Shown here: positions 62,924-64,000 of the stretch, one piece after another
Position numbering within the stretch: the stretch's first letter is position 1
How the letters are laid out: the number at the start of each line of letters is the position of its first letter
NCBI GenBank assembly: GCA_023382055.1
Contig: JAMCQN010000141.1
Span: forward strand, 13,613-77,612
From: Chloroflexota bacterium
GTDB taxonomy: Bacteria; Chloroflexota; Anaerolineae; J036; Brachytrichaceae
Direction: 5' to 3'
Length of the DNA: 64,000 bases
The notes under the pieces: model-generated
The model's database searches: none
What the model saw: the letters and a program-made list of their open reading frames with translations, nothing else
Told to the model about the DNA's origin: nothing
Translations under genes and position numbers: made by a program

Positions 62924-64000
62924 TCAGGCGGCTGCCGGCAGCGCCAGCCCCCCCATGATTGAACGGAATTCCGCGGAATCGAGAGTTTCCTTCTCGAGGA
63001 GGGTCTTGGCCACCAATATGAAGCGATCACGATTGTCGATGAGGATCTGGCGGGAGCGCTCATACGAGCCTTTGATGATCTTGCTGACCTCGCCATCGAT
63101 CGTCTCAGCGACTTTCTCGCTGTAATTTTTGCCTTCGGCCAGTTCGCGACCGAGAAACACCATCTCGCTGCGCTCGCCGAATGAAACGGGCCCGATCACT
63201 TCGCTCATGCCGTACTGTCTGACCATCGCGCGCGCCAGAGTCGATGCGCGATCCAGGTCGCTGACTGCGCCGGAGGTAATGTCGCCGAACACAATCTCTT
63301 CAGCGGCGCGGCCTGCCAGCAAAGTGACGATGTTCGCTTCCATCATTTTCTTACTCATCATTGTGTCTTCTGAATCCGGCGCCATCCACGTCGTGCCGCC
63401 CGTCGGGCCGCGCGGAATGATGGTGACTTTCTGCACCGTGACACCGGACGAAGGGGTGAGTACCGCGGCGACCGCGTGACCTGCTTCGTGATAGGCGACG
63501 ATTTCCTTATCATGCGGCGTGATCAAGCGGCTCTTGCGTTCCGGACCCAGTGCTATTTTCTCAATAGCTTCCTGAAGTTCAACCTGGCCGATTTCCTTCT
63601 TGCCTCCGCGCGCGGTCAGGATGGCCGCTTCATTGACCAGGTTCTCGATATCCGCGCCGGTGAAGCCCGGCGTCTGCTTGGCTATTGCTTTTAAGTCGAC
63701 CTCGGTTGAGACCGGCTTCCCTCGCGTGTGCACACGCAGAATCGCCTCGCGGCCGACCAGATCAGGGGCATCTACCACAATGCGGCGGTCGAAACGCCCG
63801 GGGCGCATCAACGCCGGGTCGAGGATGTCCGGGCGGTTCGTCGCCGCAATCACGATGACATTCGTGTCGGTATTGAAACCATCCATCTCGACGAGCATCT
63901 GGTTGAGCGTCTGCTCGCGCTCGTCGTTTCCGCCGCCCAGACCGGCTCCACGCTGGCGGCCAACAGCGTCAATTTCATCGATAAACACAATGCACGGCGC
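62924..64000 (-). CDS. ftsH: ATP-dependent zinc metalloprotease FtsH (C-terminal ~358 aa; 5' part outside the window)
   Basis: The frame is open to the window edge (...[15 protein letters not shown] Walker B). The SRH region, the HEAGHAV zinc motif and a typical FtsH C-terminus are present. Confidence 0.9.
   Translation of the reverse strand, partial: APCIVFIDEIDAVGRQRGAGLGGGNDEREQTLNQMLVEMDGFNTDTNVIVIAATNRPDILDPALMRPGRFDRRIVVDAPDLVGREAILRVHTRGKPVSTEVDLKAIAKQTPGFTGADIENLVNEAAILTARGGKKEIGQVELQEAIEKIALGPERKSRLITPHDKEIVAYHEAGHAVAAVLTPSSGVTVQKVTIIPRGPTGGTTWMAPDSEDTMMSKKMMEANIVTLLAGRAAEEIVFGDITSGAVSDLDRASTLARAMVRQYGMSEVIGPVSFGERSEMVFLGRELAEGKNYSEKVAETIDGEVSKIIKGSYERSRQILIDNRDRFILVAKTLLEKETLDSAEFRSIMGGLALPAAA

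Overview
GC-rich, densely coding bacterial chromosomal segment. About 57 protein genes are supported. I found no rRNA, tRNA, CRISPR array or intact IS element. dnaA (31025-32434) places the window near the replication origin, but the taxon cannot be determined from the sequence alone. A lipobox substrate-binding protein and UbiA/UbiD-type menaquinone genes are compatible with a monoderm or Chloroflexota-like organism. Layout: (i) 1-15.8 kb is a cytoplasmic sugar-conversion cluster with no glycoside hydrolase. It is built from duplicated modules (AraA-like and FucI-like isomerases, two paralogous Gfo/Idh/MocA dehydrogenases, two xylose-isomerase-like TIM barrels, three amidohydrolase_2-type proteins, FGGY kinase, class I aldolase, MFS transporter, ROK kinase) around a sulfatase-fold enzyme and a PAPS-type sulfotransferase. 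(ii) 15.9-24.4 kb holds late menaquinone genes (ubiE/menG, UbiA-type, UbiD-type) interleaved with a NitT/TauT-type ABC importer and feoAB. (iii) 24.6-30.7 kb holds kbl, a Zn-ADH, an M20 hydrolase, an orphan 2-oxoacid dehydrogenase E1-beta, rpoD and DUF177. (iv) 31-39 kb holds dnaA, a pterin dehydratase gene remnant, an MtaD-like deaminase fused to a CYTH domain, a PhyH dioxygenase, formaldehyde dehydrogenase, YciI and a DEAD-box helicase. (v) 39-52.6 kb is a cytoplasmic alpha-mannoside cluster with two GH38 enzymes, three URO-D/MT2-like paralogs, a PMI-like cupin, a class II aldolase, an SDR and a Gfo/Idh/MocA protein. (vi) 52.8-64 kb holds an ABC exporter, an esterase, mutS, a Schlafen/AlbA_2-type regulator, a lamin-tail-domain membrane protein, a degenerate tyrosine-recombinase-like protein, YitT and ftsH (partial). 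The best candidates for undescribed biology are cluster (i), with its Thr-type 'sulfatase' and cytoplasmic sulfotransferase; cluster (v), with triplicated Zn-methyltransferase-like URO-D proteins next to GH38 mannosidases; and the deaminase-CYTH fusion. All functional calls come from reading motifs in the translated ORFs. No database search was run.
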